This document shows, one piece after another, positions 18,535 to 26,609 of a DNA stretch of 64,000 nucleotides. Every line of letters begins with the position of its first letter. Within the stretch, counting starts at the first letter, position 1. Both the position numbers and the translations under genes were made by a program. This DNA comes from a virus (Duplodnaviria; Caudoviricetes). The notes below the pieces were generated by a model. It was given only the letters and a program-made list of their open reading frames with translations, was not told the DNA's origin and did no database searches. Location of the stretch: positions 64,001-128,000 of IMG/VR virus record IMGVR_UViG_3300029288_000077. One strand, 5' to 3'.

Positions 18535-19938
18535 ATGGCAGGTTTGAGAACGAAGACTTTGGAAAAGGTGAACGGTTTTTTGAAGAAGGCTCAAAAGGAA
18601 GAAGAGCCAAAAGACGAAACTGAGGAAGCTCCTGAGCCTGAAGGTGGCGAAGAGGTCGAGGAAGAGTCTGAAGGTGAAGAAGCGGGTGACGAAGAGGTGC
18701 CCGCTGAAGGCGAAGAGGCTACCGAGGAAGAAGAGGCTGAGGAGCCAGAAGAGAAGACCGTTGAAGAGAAGGTCGATGATTTAACCGATAAGGTTGACAG
18801 TTTGGCTGATGCAGTCAACCAGTTGCTTGGACTTGAAGAGAAAGAGCATGAGTTAGAGGAAACGGAACAGGGTGTTGAAGACGATTTTTCAGAGTACGTG
18901 GAAATGGTTGATGATGAAAACGCTGAAGAGCTGTCCGAGGAAGAGTTTGGAATGTCCCCGGATCAGTTTGTAACCTCTTCTGATAAGGGGAAGGAGCGAG
19001 GAATGACCCTAAGACAGAAGCGGCTAGCCCGCATGAAGATCTACAAGAAGTCCACTACTCTTGCCGATGAATTTGCTCTGGACAAGAGTTTGAAGAATAA
19101 GAAGGACCTGACTGGTACGCCAGTGGTTAATTACACTGACAAGTTGGTGAAGGTCCCTCCGACTCCGGACATGCTGAAAGTAGCAGAGCTTTCTCTGGAG
19201 TCTGATGATGCCAACACCAAGTGGACCGTGATGGATAAGCGCGGTCGTGCTCTGTACACCATTGCTCGTGGCACCATTAACCCGAAAGAGTTTAGTGACG
19301 CTGAGTTTGCGCGTGGCGTAATTCGCGACATGCACAAGATGGGTGTGAAAGAGGCACTGAAAAAGTACGGCGCTAAGCCCTGGGAAGATGAAGAAGACAA
19401 GAAGGACGAAGATAAGAAAGATGAGAAGGAAGCTAAGGCCAGTCTGAAGCAGATCGCTTCTGATTATCACCGCAAGTTTGCCCGTGCCATGCGGCTGGTG
19501 ATTGCAGCCATGAACAAGAACATGATTAGGCCCATTCCGCTGAAGGGTGCCTTGATTGAGATCATGGCTAAGATGGGTGTTGAGCAGCCAATTACCATCA
19601 TTGAAGCTGCATTCAAGTCCGCTGCTGATAAACACTTTGAAGTGGCGCTGGCTAATGCCGAGAAGCTTATGGACATGTCTGATGAGGCGTTTGTGGAATA
19701 CGAGGCGCTGGTGCATGGTGGTGATGTGGCTCCAGTAGCCAGCCCTGAGCAAGAGGCTGAGATCGTAGCTACTGCCAATCTGTCAGAAAAGGCGCTAGAC
19801 CTGCGTAGGCAGGCTGCAAAAGGGTCTGTTGATGTTTCTTCTGCTTCAGAGGAAGACGTTGACAGCTTTGACCAAAGACTGGCAGCGGTCGTGCCCAAGC
19901 CGCTGACTTGGAAACTGGCTCTTAGAGCCAGGAAGTAA
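18535..19938 (+). CDS. Head scaffolding/core protein
   Basis: Very acidic low-complexity N-terminal third, helical C-terminus; lies between protease and capsid genes. Confidence 0.7.
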   Translation: MAGLRTKTLEKVNGFLKKAQKEEEPKDETEEAPEPEGGEEVEEESEGEEAGDEEVPAEGEEATEEEEAEEPEEKTVEEKVDDLTDKVDSLADAVNQLLGLEEKEHELEETEQGVEDDFSEYVEMVDDENAEELSEEEFGMSPDQFVTSSDKGKERGMTLRQKRLARMKIYKKSTTLADEFALDKSLKNKKDLTGTPVVNYTDKLVKVPPTPDMLKVAELSLESDDANTKWTVMDKRGRALYTIARGTINPKEFSDAEFARGVIRDMHKMGVKEALKKYGAKPWEDEEDKKDEDKKDEKEAKASLKQIASDYHRKFARAMRLVIAAMNKNMIRPIPLKGALIEIMAKMGVEQPITIIEAAFKSAADKHFEVALANAEKLMDMSDEAFVEYEALVHGGDVAPVASPEQEAEIVATANLSEKALDLRRQAAKGSVDVSSASEEDVDSFDQRLAAVVPKPLTWKLALRARK

Positions 19939-19973
19939 CGGGCAACTAGGTAATCCTAGAAAGGGGTGTCGAG

Positions 19974-20669
19974 ATGATCGACCGCGAAAGAATGAAACAG
20001 TACATGCCGTCCCGGGTGTTCTACGATGTAGACCCCAACGCCGAGATCTATGCCGGGATGGTCGCATTCCTGGCTGTGGATGGCAATGGTGTAACCGTTG
20101 CTACCACTGCGCCGTCAGGTACCCGGCCCATTGGTACCTTCGAAAAGGACCAGGGACTGGCCTATGAGCGTTCATCTGTAGAGCAGCACACCTTCGATGC
20201 CAACAACCAGATCCTTGTCAAGCACCCGTTTGTAACTGCTGGTAAGGCGGAAGGCAAGTTGCAGAGTCTGGCTGGTGTTGTGTACACCGAGAATGTGGAC
20301 TACACTGTCAACCTGACAAACGGCGTCATTACCCGTGTGGTTGGTGGTGCCATTGCTGCTGGCGAAACTGTAGACGTGTGGTATCGGTACACAGTCAAGG
20401 CCGGTGACACGATGTGGAATGGCGGAACCAACCTGGACCGCGTTCCGGACGACACTCTTGGCAGTGGTCAGATCACTGTCATCGAGGATTGGGCTCACAT
20501 TTGGACCGACCAGTTCGTGGTAACTGATCAGTTCGCCGTTGGTGACGAGCTTCGGCCTGCGGCTGACAGTCGTTGGACCAATCAGGTAAACGGCCATCCG
20601 GTGTGCGGTATGTGCATCCACGTGCCTTCACCCGATAACCCCCTGTTGGGTGTGCGTCAGCAGATCTAA
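19974..20669 (+). CDS. Capsid decoration/cement protein with inserted beta domain
   Basis: Immediately upstream of MCP. AGMVAFL...DDTLGSGQITV...TDQF...VGDEL...VCGMC beta-tulip-like pattern; same codon bias as MCP. Confidence 0.7.
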   Translation: MIDRERMKQYMPSRVFYDVDPNAEIYAGMVAFLAVDGNGVTVATTAPSGTRPIGTFEKDQGLAYERSSVEQHTFDANNQILVKHPFVTAGKAEGKLQSLAGVVYTENVDYTVNLTNGVITRVVGGAIAAGETVDVWYRYTVKAGDTMWNGGTNLDRVPDDTLGSGQITVIEDWAHIWTDQFVVTDQFAVGDELRPAADSRWTNQVNGHPVCGMCIHVPSPDNPLLGVRQQI

Positions 20670-20709
20670 GGGGTAGGGGACTAAGGTAATAGAGAAAGGG
20701 AGAGATGTC

Positions 20710-21843
20710 ATGAAATTCAACCCGTACTTGGACAAGATGCAGGGCAAGGTCACCATTGACCGAAAAACTGGTGAACCCTTCAACCCGCTGAACTTCTCTG
20801 CAAAGAAGGATGACAGCGGCAAGCGCAAGGTGTCTGCTAGTGAGCGCCTGTTCAACAAGGACAACGAGCTGAACGCTTCCAGCAAGAAAGACGCGCTGCA
20901 GAAGATCGCTGCCCTGTTCGAGATGGTGCAGGACGGCGAGTTCGAAGTCGCCACTCAGCCTGAGGGCTTCAAGGTTGATGCTGCCGAGCAGGATGCCCTG
21001 CTCAAGCAGGCTTATGCCGACCCGTCTGGTGAGGGGTTTGCTAAGCTTGGTCAGCAGATGTTGACCGTGGTGCGCGAGGTCATCGACTACGAAGGCGTAA
21101 CCCGCAAGCTGTGGATGGATCGGCCGGTGAAGGCTGGCGAGACCATTCGGTACGACAAAGACGTGCATGTGGTGGCCTACGTCATCGGTGAAGATGGCGA
21201 GACTCCGCAGAGCGTGGTTGGTGGTAAGTACTTCTTCCCGCCCGAGTTCGAAGTGTCCGCTAACGTGTCCATCGAGCTGAAGGACCAGTACCGGTCGCAG
21301 TACAACATCCTTGAGCGTGCACAGGACAAGGCTCGCCAGGCCATTGAGTACCGCGAAGACCTGGCTGGTATTCGCCTGCTTCGTCGTGCATCCAACGTGG
21401 TTAACACCACCGTTGCGTTTGCTTCGATGAACCTGGGCGCGTTCGAGTCCCTGCGCTACCAGATCGAGCAGCACCGCCTCATGACTGCCGCTTTCCTGAT
21501 TCACCGTCAGGAAGTGTCCGACATCGTGAACGTGCTGACCGCACAGGTTGACCCAGTGACTCAGCGTGAGATCATCATGGCTGGGTACATCGGTCACATC
21601 CTGAATACCGCAGTCATCACCACTGCTGGTACTAACAACATGTACGAGATCCTGCAGCCTGGTGAAGTGTTTGCAGTGACTCTGCCTGAGTACCTGGGCG
21701 GCATCTCGCAACGCAGTGATCTCATGAGCGAGCCTTACACCGAGGCAGTGAACGGCAAGCCCCGGCGCGGGTTCTACTGGTGGGAGATGCTCTGCCTGGC
21801 ACTGATCAACGCCAAGGGCGTTGCCTACGGTCAGAAGATCTAA
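20710..21843 (+). CDS. Major capsid protein (HK97 fold)
   Basis: 377 aa. IDYEGVTRK, FPPEFEVSAN, LERAQDKARQAIEYRED, GYIGHILNTAVI, PGEVFAV, PEYLG. Strongest codon bias in the window. Confidence 0.9.
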   Translation: MKFNPYLDKMQGKVTIDRKTGEPFNPLNFSAKKDDSGKRKVSASERLFNKDNELNASSKKDALQKIAALFEMVQDGEFEVATQPEGFKVDAAEQDALLKQAYADPSGEGFAKLGQQMLTVVREVIDYEGVTRKLWMDRPVKAGETIRYDKDVHVVAYVIGEDGETPQSVVGGKYFFPPEFEVSANVSIELKDQYRSQYNILERAQDKARQAIEYREDLAGIRLLRRASNVVNTTVAFASMNLGAFESLRYQIEQHRLMTAAFLIHRQEVSDIVNVLTAQVDPVTQREIIMAGYIGHILNTAVITTAGTNNMYEILQPGEVFAVTLPEYLGGISQRSDLMSEPYTEAVNGKPRRGFYWWEMLCLALINAKGVAYGQKI

Positions 21844-21876
21844 CCACGAAACGAAAGGGTTGAAAGGAGAGAAATC

Positions 21877-22335
21877 ATGAATCTGAAACTAGCACGGCGT
21901 TACCTGGATTTTGCCGCCACTGAGATGGATCAGAAGGGTCACAAGGACCTGGCCGATCGCATCGACAAGCACGTCGAGCGGCTGGCTTCTGCCGATCAGC
22001 GGATGGTGGACCTGATCGTGCGCGATCTCAAGAAAATCGCTCGCGAGTCCAATCGGCGTGATCGTGGTGTGGATGAAGACGCCAGTGAGCGCACTGATGA
22101 GCGGCCTAGCCGACTGTCCGCTCTGCGGCGTCGGCTGGCACTCCGCAAACGTCTAGCTGCTCGTCGTGAGCCGCTGTCTGAGCGCCGGTTGGCTTCCCTT
22201 CGCAGTCGCCGCAAGGCGCGGATGGAAGAGTATGGCGACGACGGCGACGAGGATCGCAGCACCGCGAGTGATCGGCTGCGCCGGTCACGGTTGGCTCGCC
22301 GAATCCGCGCTCGCCGGGAACGTGACCTAGAATAA
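21877..22335 (+). CDS. Arg-rich (protamine-like) head-associated protein
   Basis: N-terminal helix motif AATEMDQKGHKDLADRID followed by poly-Arg blocks. Co-transcribed with MCP; strong SD. Confidence 0.7.
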   Translation: MNLKLARRYLDFAATEMDQKGHKDLADRIDKHVERLASADQRMVDLIVRDLKKIARESNRRDRGVDEDASERTDERPSRLSALRRRLALRKRLAARREPLSERRLASLRSRRKARMEEYGDDGDEDRSTASDRLRRSRLARRIRARRERDLE

Positions 22336-22353
22336 GCAGGTGTGGGATGGGAT

Positions 22354-22399
22354 TGCCCCACGGAGTGACTTCGTGTAATAGCACTCCGTGGGGCATTTT
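22354..22399 (+). terminator. Rho-independent terminator closing the capsid operon
   Basis: TGCCCCACGGAGTG / CACTCCGTGGGGCA perfect 14-bp stem followed by TTTT. Confidence 0.85.
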
Positions 22400-22417
22400 C
22401 ATAAAAGGTGTTGAAAT

Positions 22418-22654
22418 ATGCACATAACAAGTAGTTCGGCAGAGTTTATGACACTGCTTGAAGATTTAGCACGACAGGTGAGAGATGCGCTTAGTCAGGC
22501 GCGTTTTGCTCAACGAGAAATGGAAGATGACATAATGGCGGCCGAAGACAACGGCGATACTGTAGCAGTAGATGAGTTGCGATTAGTACACGATGATTTC
22601 ACTACATTTATTAAAGGTTTGAGGAAAGCAGTAGAAATGTATGACTCCAAGTGA
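22418..22654 (+). CDS. Small acidic helical protein
   Basis: AAAGGTG SD. Confidence 0.6.
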   Translation: MHITSSSAEFMTLLEDLARQVRDALSQARFAQREMEDDIMAAEDNGDTVAVDELRLVHDDFTTFIKGLRKAVEMYDSK

Positions 22655-23486
22655 GACAGCCACCAAAGTTAATAAAGTCATCCAATTACACAAGGATGAC
22701 TTCATTTACGAAAAGGTGTATTTTAATCCTATGTTCACTGCTGATTTGTACCGATTGGTACCAGAGTTAGAAGAGGAAGGCGTGATATCCCGTTTATATG
22801 AATCTGAAAATGAAGATGGTGTTACGTATAAAGGTGCCTTGAAGTATGGTACCAGTTTGCTGCATCTGGGTAAGATTAGGCTGGATGGGGAAGACATCAT
22901 AGTCGATGAGAAGTTGACTCCTATAAAAGCATTGGTAAAATGGATAGAATCGGTGTTGGAGGAGACTGAGGTAAAAGATATGATAGTAAAAGCGATAAAT
23001 ATTGTGTCTGTTGATAGACAAGAAAAATACTTAGATAGAGCTAAGACAATGATGCAGCAAATGAATGATATCATCAATTCTGGGAAATTGGGTGTAAAAG
23101 AATACGCAAAGCTAGAATCATTGAGTGCTAGGTTGTGGCACTCATTTGAAGACCTAAGACAGAACCTAGAATTGGTGGGTGGTCAAACAGTAATTCTATC
23201 CGTGAAAGTTAAAAGATCTGACTTATACGAAGTGGACGAATATCTTTCCAAAAATTATAGAAAATACCTTGTTTCAGCAGACACCACCTCAGTAAATCAA
23301 ACATTTATATTTATGGTACCACACACTGAGGCAGACAAACTCATAGATTCGGGGTACTTTGAAGACATGGTTGAAGAAATTTCCGAATTGCATTCTGTAG
23401 AAGCTATAGATTATGATTTTACAGATGAACCTAGATCTGAAAAGAACACCTTAAGAACAAACTGGGTAAAGGATTATGATATTTAG
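22641..23486 (+). CDS. Acidic protein with internal tagged start (MIVKAINIVS at 22980)
   Basis: In-frame ATG 22980 preceded by GGAGGAGACTGAGGT. Confidence 0.65.
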   Translation: MTPSETATKVNKVIQLHKDDFIYEKVYFNPMFTADLYRLVPELEEEGVISRLYESENEDGVTYKGALKYGTSLLHLGKIRLDGEDIIVDEKLTPIKALVKWIESVLEETEVKDMIVKAINIVSVDRQEKYLDRAKTMMQQMNDIINSGKLGVKEYAKLESLSARLWHSFEDLRQNLELVGGQTVILSVKVKRSDLYEVDEYLSKNYRKYLVSADTTSVNQTFIFMVPHTEADKLIDSGYFEDMVEEISELHSVEAIDYDFTDEPRSEKNTLRTNWVKDYDI

Positions 23487-23995
23487 TAATACTTTACAAT
23501 TGAACGTGACTTTTTAAAAATAGAAAATGATGATGAATTCTAAAACGTGAAAGGTGAAAGCCATGATAGTGAAAGCGATAGAAGTACTGAGCATATGTAA
23601 AACTGCAAAGAAATTTACAGTTTATGTTTTTCATACTCGTGGTGATATCTATCCAGAACATGAAGAAGAAGTACAAGCCACAAATCTTGAAAGTGCATGT
23701 AAACAGGTTTCTGATAAATTTGGTTATAAATGGATAGGAAAATCAAAAGGTAATTATGGATTTTTTGCCGTAGATGTTGATTATTTCAATGAATGGCACG
23801 GTAAATATCACGATACACGCAAAAATAAAAAAGAAGATTTAGAAAAGGAACTAAATGAATCTATAGAAACAATAAAATCCGGCAGAGACGATGAATTTCG
23901 TGGTTTGATGTGTCTTTGTGATGATTACAATGCCTATGGTGCCAATGAAGAAGACGACGATGACTAAATAGTTTTTAGTGATACTTTACAATTGA
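23482..23995 (+). repeat. 22-bp direct repeat pair (23482-23503 and 23974-23995) bracketing a tagged gene cassette
   Basis: TTTAGTAATACTTTACAATTGA vs TTTAGTGATACTTTACAATTGA (21/22). Confidence 0.85.
23554..23967 (+). CDS. KAIEVLS-tagged acidic hypothetical protein
   Basis: MKAMIVKAIEVLS N-terminus; AT-rich. Confidence 0.7.
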   Translation: MKAMIVKAIEVLSICKTAKKFTVYVFHTRGDIYPEHEEEVQATNLESACKQVSDKFGYKWIGKSKGNYGFFAVDVDYFNEWHGKYHDTRKNKKEDLEKELNESIETIKSGRDDEFRGLMCLCDDYNAYGANEEDDDD

Positions 23996-24020
23996 CTCGA
24001 AAATGGTAACATTGTTGGCA

Positions 24021-25241
24021 GTGTTTTTGTCTCATAAAATACGTCTTTATCCAAATGACAAACAGGTGTCTTACCTGAAACGTGCTTGTGGTATCAAGCG
24101 TTTTGCTTATAATTGGGCGTTAGCTGAGTCTAGAAAACTATATGAGCAAGGCATAAAAACTTCCGGTTACGATCTCAGTAAACGATTTAACGCAATAAAA
24201 CGGGAACAGTTTCCTTTCGTACTAGAAGTATCAAAATGGGTGTCTCAAAAAGCCATTTATGATCTTGAAGACGCTTACAAAAATTGGTGGAGTAAACGTG
24301 CGCGTGCCCCCAAATTCAAGAAAAAAGGTAAGTGCAAAGATAGTTTTTATCTGGCCAATGATGCAACAAAAACTGTTGAGCACAGAATTTATATTTCTAA
24401 GTGTGGGTGGGTGCGCATGTCTCAGTCTTTGCGTTTTCCTGGTCACGTGATGTCTGTAGTAATTTCAAGTGAATATGCTAAGTGGCATGCTTCTATCCAA
24501 GTGGAATTGGACGGCACCTGGTCTTGTCCTCATACTTGCAAAACCCAAGCAGTGTGTGGATTGGACATGGGTGTACGTGACTTAGTGGTATTAGATGATG
24601 GCACTAAGTACTTAGCCCCTAGGAGTCTGCGTAAGTCCGAGAAAAAGTTGAAGAGACTGAATCGTGTAGTCTCAAGGAGGGTAAAAGGATCAAACCGTAG
24701 GAAGAAAGCTGTGCATATACTAAGTAGAGTCCATGAGAAAGTGACTAACATACGCAAGGACTGTATACATAAGATCACTGCTAAACTAGTAGAAGACTAC
24801 CGTATCATAGGTATGGAAGATTTGAACGTCAAGGGTATGATCAAAAATCATCACTTGGCCAAGTCTGTGTCTGATGCTGCGTTTGGTACAGTCAAAAGCC
24901 AATTGGAGTACAAGACTGAGCTGTCAGGATCAGTATTAGTCAAAGCAGATCGCTTTTACCCATCGAGTAAGATGTGTTCAAACTGTGGACATGTCTTAGA
25001 CACTTTGCCGTTGCGTATACGTGTTTGGACTTGTCCTGGGTGCGGTGCAGTACATGATCGTGATGTCAATGCTGCTAAAAATTTACTAAATGTCGCCTTA
25101 AGGTATAAGGAGACTGTAAACGCTCGTGGAGTAGAAAGCTCTGGTACTGGTGATTTTACTAGTACGAAACTGTCTACTGTGAAGCGAGTACCCGGCAGCC
25201 GCAGACCAACGGTGGTTTCGGTTCAAGTCCGGGGTTCCTAA
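24021..25241 (+). CDS. tnpB: RNA-guided endonuclease TnpB (IS200/IS605 or IS607 accessory protein); no tnpA in the window
   Basis: HKIRLYP..RFAYNWAL N-terminus, RuvC-I GLDMG, RuvC-II MEDLNV, zinc ribbon CSNC/CPGC, RuvC-III HDRDVNAA. Probable GTG start 8 nt after TTTACA-N16-TAACAT. Confidence 0.95.
   Translation: MFLSHKIRLYPNDKQVSYLKRACGIKRFAYNWALAESRKLYEQGIKTSGYDLSKRFNAIKREQFPFVLEVSKWVSQKAIYDLEDAYKNWWSKRARAPKFKKKGKCKDSFYLANDATKTVEHRIYISKCGWVRMSQSLRFPGHVMSVVISSEYAKWHASIQVELDGTWSCPHTCKTQAVCGLDMGVRDLVVLDDGTKYLAPRSLRKSEKKLKRLNRVVSRRVKGSNRRKKAVHILSRVHEKVTNIRKDCIHKITAKLVEDYRIIGMEDLNVKGMIKNHHLAKSVSDAAFGTVKSQLEYKTELSGSVLVKADRFYPSSKMCSNCGHVLDTLPLRIRVWTCPGCGAVHDRDVNAAKNLLNVALRYKETVNARGVESSGTGDFTSTKLSTVKRVPGSRRPTVVSVQVRGS
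25085..25240 (+). ncRNA. Putative omega/reRNA scaffold overlapping the tnpB 3' end (boundaries uncertain)
   Basis: TnpB guide scaffolds are known to overlap the ORF 3' end. Pairing elements seen: CGCTCGTGGAGTAGA with TCTACTGTGAAGCG, GTACTGGTGA with TTACTAGTAC, CCCGG with CCGGG. Confidence 0.55.
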
Positions 25242-25252
25242 AGGAGAGAAAG

Positions 25253-25876
25253 ATGAAGCAAGTAACCATGCCCAAGCGCCTAACCCTCAAGTACCTACTC
25301 GATAACAAGTTGCCGGTATGGGTACAGAACATGACCGGTCGTGGGTGGATCCCTTCTGGTGGTCGTAAGGCCGTGCCGTGCCTTATTACCATTCAGATTG
25401 GGACTGGTGACACCCGAGACAAGATGTGGATTCCGCCTGGTGCTGATCCTGTGTGCTTGACCGACCAAGCCGACATGGACACACTTCGCACCAGCCGCGA
25501 TCTCTTCAAGGCTATTGACAAGGGTGCGCTGGTGTTGCTGAATCCAGAAGAGGCTGACAAGTACTACGATGAAAATGACACCCGCCGCGAAGCTTTGAAC
25601 CGCAAGCTGCATGCACTTCAGACCGAGGAAAAGTTGGATGGTGTGGCGGTCAGTGACGTGGGGTCCATCATTGAAGACGTGTCTATCGATGACTCTTTGT
25701 TGAACATGTGCCTGGGTCTGAAGCACGGCACTGTCAAGGAGTCTGATGCCCTTGAAATGGTGATGGAGCGTTCACCTTCTTACTCTCTGAACGACCTGAA
25801 TTATTTGTCAGCGAATGGAAAGTTTGATTCGATCAAGAAGGTGGCGCAGCACGAGATAGACAAGCGTGACAAGTAA
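25253..25876 (+). CDS. Probable virion/head-assembly protein
   Basis: Same AAAGGAGAGAAA RBS as 21877; capsid-like GC-rich codon usage. Confidence 0.6.
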   Translation: MKQVTMPKRLTLKYLLDNKLPVWVQNMTGRGWIPSGGRKAVPCLITIQIGTGDTRDKMWIPPGADPVCLTDQADMDTLRTSRDLFKAIDKGALVLLNPEEADKYYDENDTRREALNRKLHALQTEEKLDGVAVSDVGSIIEDVSIDDSLLNMCLGLKHGTVKESDALEMVMERSPSYSLNDLNYLSANGKFDSIKKVAQHEIDKRDK

Positions 25877-25878
25877 TA

Positions 25879-26187
25879 CTACTTTTTGGTGCAGCACCCG
25901 TCATCGAAGTAAAACCCGTCATCAGCTAAGAACTTCGCATCCTCTGCCGTATCCAGCAACGTTTCGAGGTATCTGCACAACTGCCTAGAAGTTTTTGCTT
26001 CTCCCACGTTCTTGGAGGCTAATACCAGCATTTTCGTCAGCTTCTCGACAGTGGACAAGGTTTCTTGCCGGTCTGCGAGGGCATTGTGAAATACTACCTC
26101 AAACTGCTCGGCGGCATTTTTGGCAGCCGATGCTTTGGAGAATTCTACCTGCGCTGTGTGCATCATATCTGACAGTTTCTTTAGCAT
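25879..26187 (-). CDS. Hypothetical helical protein
   Basis: AAAGAGA SD; last gene of the inverted island. Confidence 0.6.
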   Translation of the reverse strand: MLKKLSDMMHTAQVEFSKASAAKNAAEQFEVVFHNALADRQETLSTVEKLTKMLVLASKNVGEAKTSRQLCRYLETLLDTAEDAKFLADDGFYFDDGCCTKK

Positions 26188-26204
26188 AGTGTGTCTCTTT
26201 TTGT

Positions 26205-26456
26205 CTAGGCCAAGCCATCTCTGCCGAGCCTGATATCTTCAATCTTCATCAAAGCTTCCAGGTGTGTGTTCAGAGCGCGCTTGGCGGCTGCTACGGATTC
26301 GAACTCACCCAACCAACACCCGTCTGATCCCTGTGCCACACACGGTTCATGTCCTGCTTCGATGGCTGTCTTGTACAGTATCAGGATCAGACACTCTTGA
26401 AAACTCCCGTGCTTTCCGATCCACCTGCTGCCAAATTTGGTCCACTGATAGCCCAT
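26205..26456 (-). CDS. Hypothetical protein
   Basis: AAAGGAG SD. Confidence 0.6.
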   Translation of the reverse strand: MGYQWTKFGSRWIGKHGSFQECLILILYKTAIEAGHEPCVAQGSDGCWLGEFESVAAAKRALNTHLEALMKIEDIRLGRDGLA

Positions 26457-26480
26457 ACTAATGCTCCTTTGTTAGGACGT

Positions 26481-26591
26481 TTAGCAGCAGCACCGCACCA
26501 CAGCAACGGTGATCGCCGCTACGATGATTGCGTCCGCGATCTTGGCCCACCAAGGCATGATGGCCCACGTCATCTTGATCCTCTTCCACAT
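26481..26591 (-). CDS. 36-aa single-TM peptide ending in CCC (MWKRIKMTWAIMPWWAKIADAIIVAAITVAVVRCCC)
   Basis: AGGAGG SD and a consensus promoter directly upstream; below the ORF-track cutoff. Confidence 0.65.
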   Translation of the reverse strand: MWKRIKMTWAIMPWWAKIADAIIVAAITVAVVRCCC

Positions 26592-26609
26592 TGAACGCCT
26601 CCTACGAAT

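Noticed and set aside
18595-18960. GAA/GAG-rich tandem repeat
   Set aside because: Low-complexity Glu-rich coding sequence of the scaffold, not a DNA repeat element.
20479-21711. 410-aa antisense ORF opposite MCP (also 19024..19752 and 25295..25726)
   Set aside because: Expected shadow of strong codon bias (avoidance of TTA/CTA/TCA on the sense strand); no SD or recognisable motifs.
21863-21874. 12-bp match AAAGGAGAGAAA between the tnpB 3' flank and the region upstream of 21877 (preceded by TTG), as a self-targeting guide
   Set aside because: More simply explained as a shared ribosome-binding site of two highly expressed genes.
25190-25240. tRNA gene suggested by GGTTCAAGTCC
   Set aside because: Too short for a cloverleaf; no D or anticodon arm and no CCA. 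Treated as part of the tnpB 3' structure.
26290-26312. GTGAGTTCGAATCC T-loop-like sequence on the minus strand
   Set aside because: The T-stem does not pair, there is no cloverleaf, and it lies inside a coding region.
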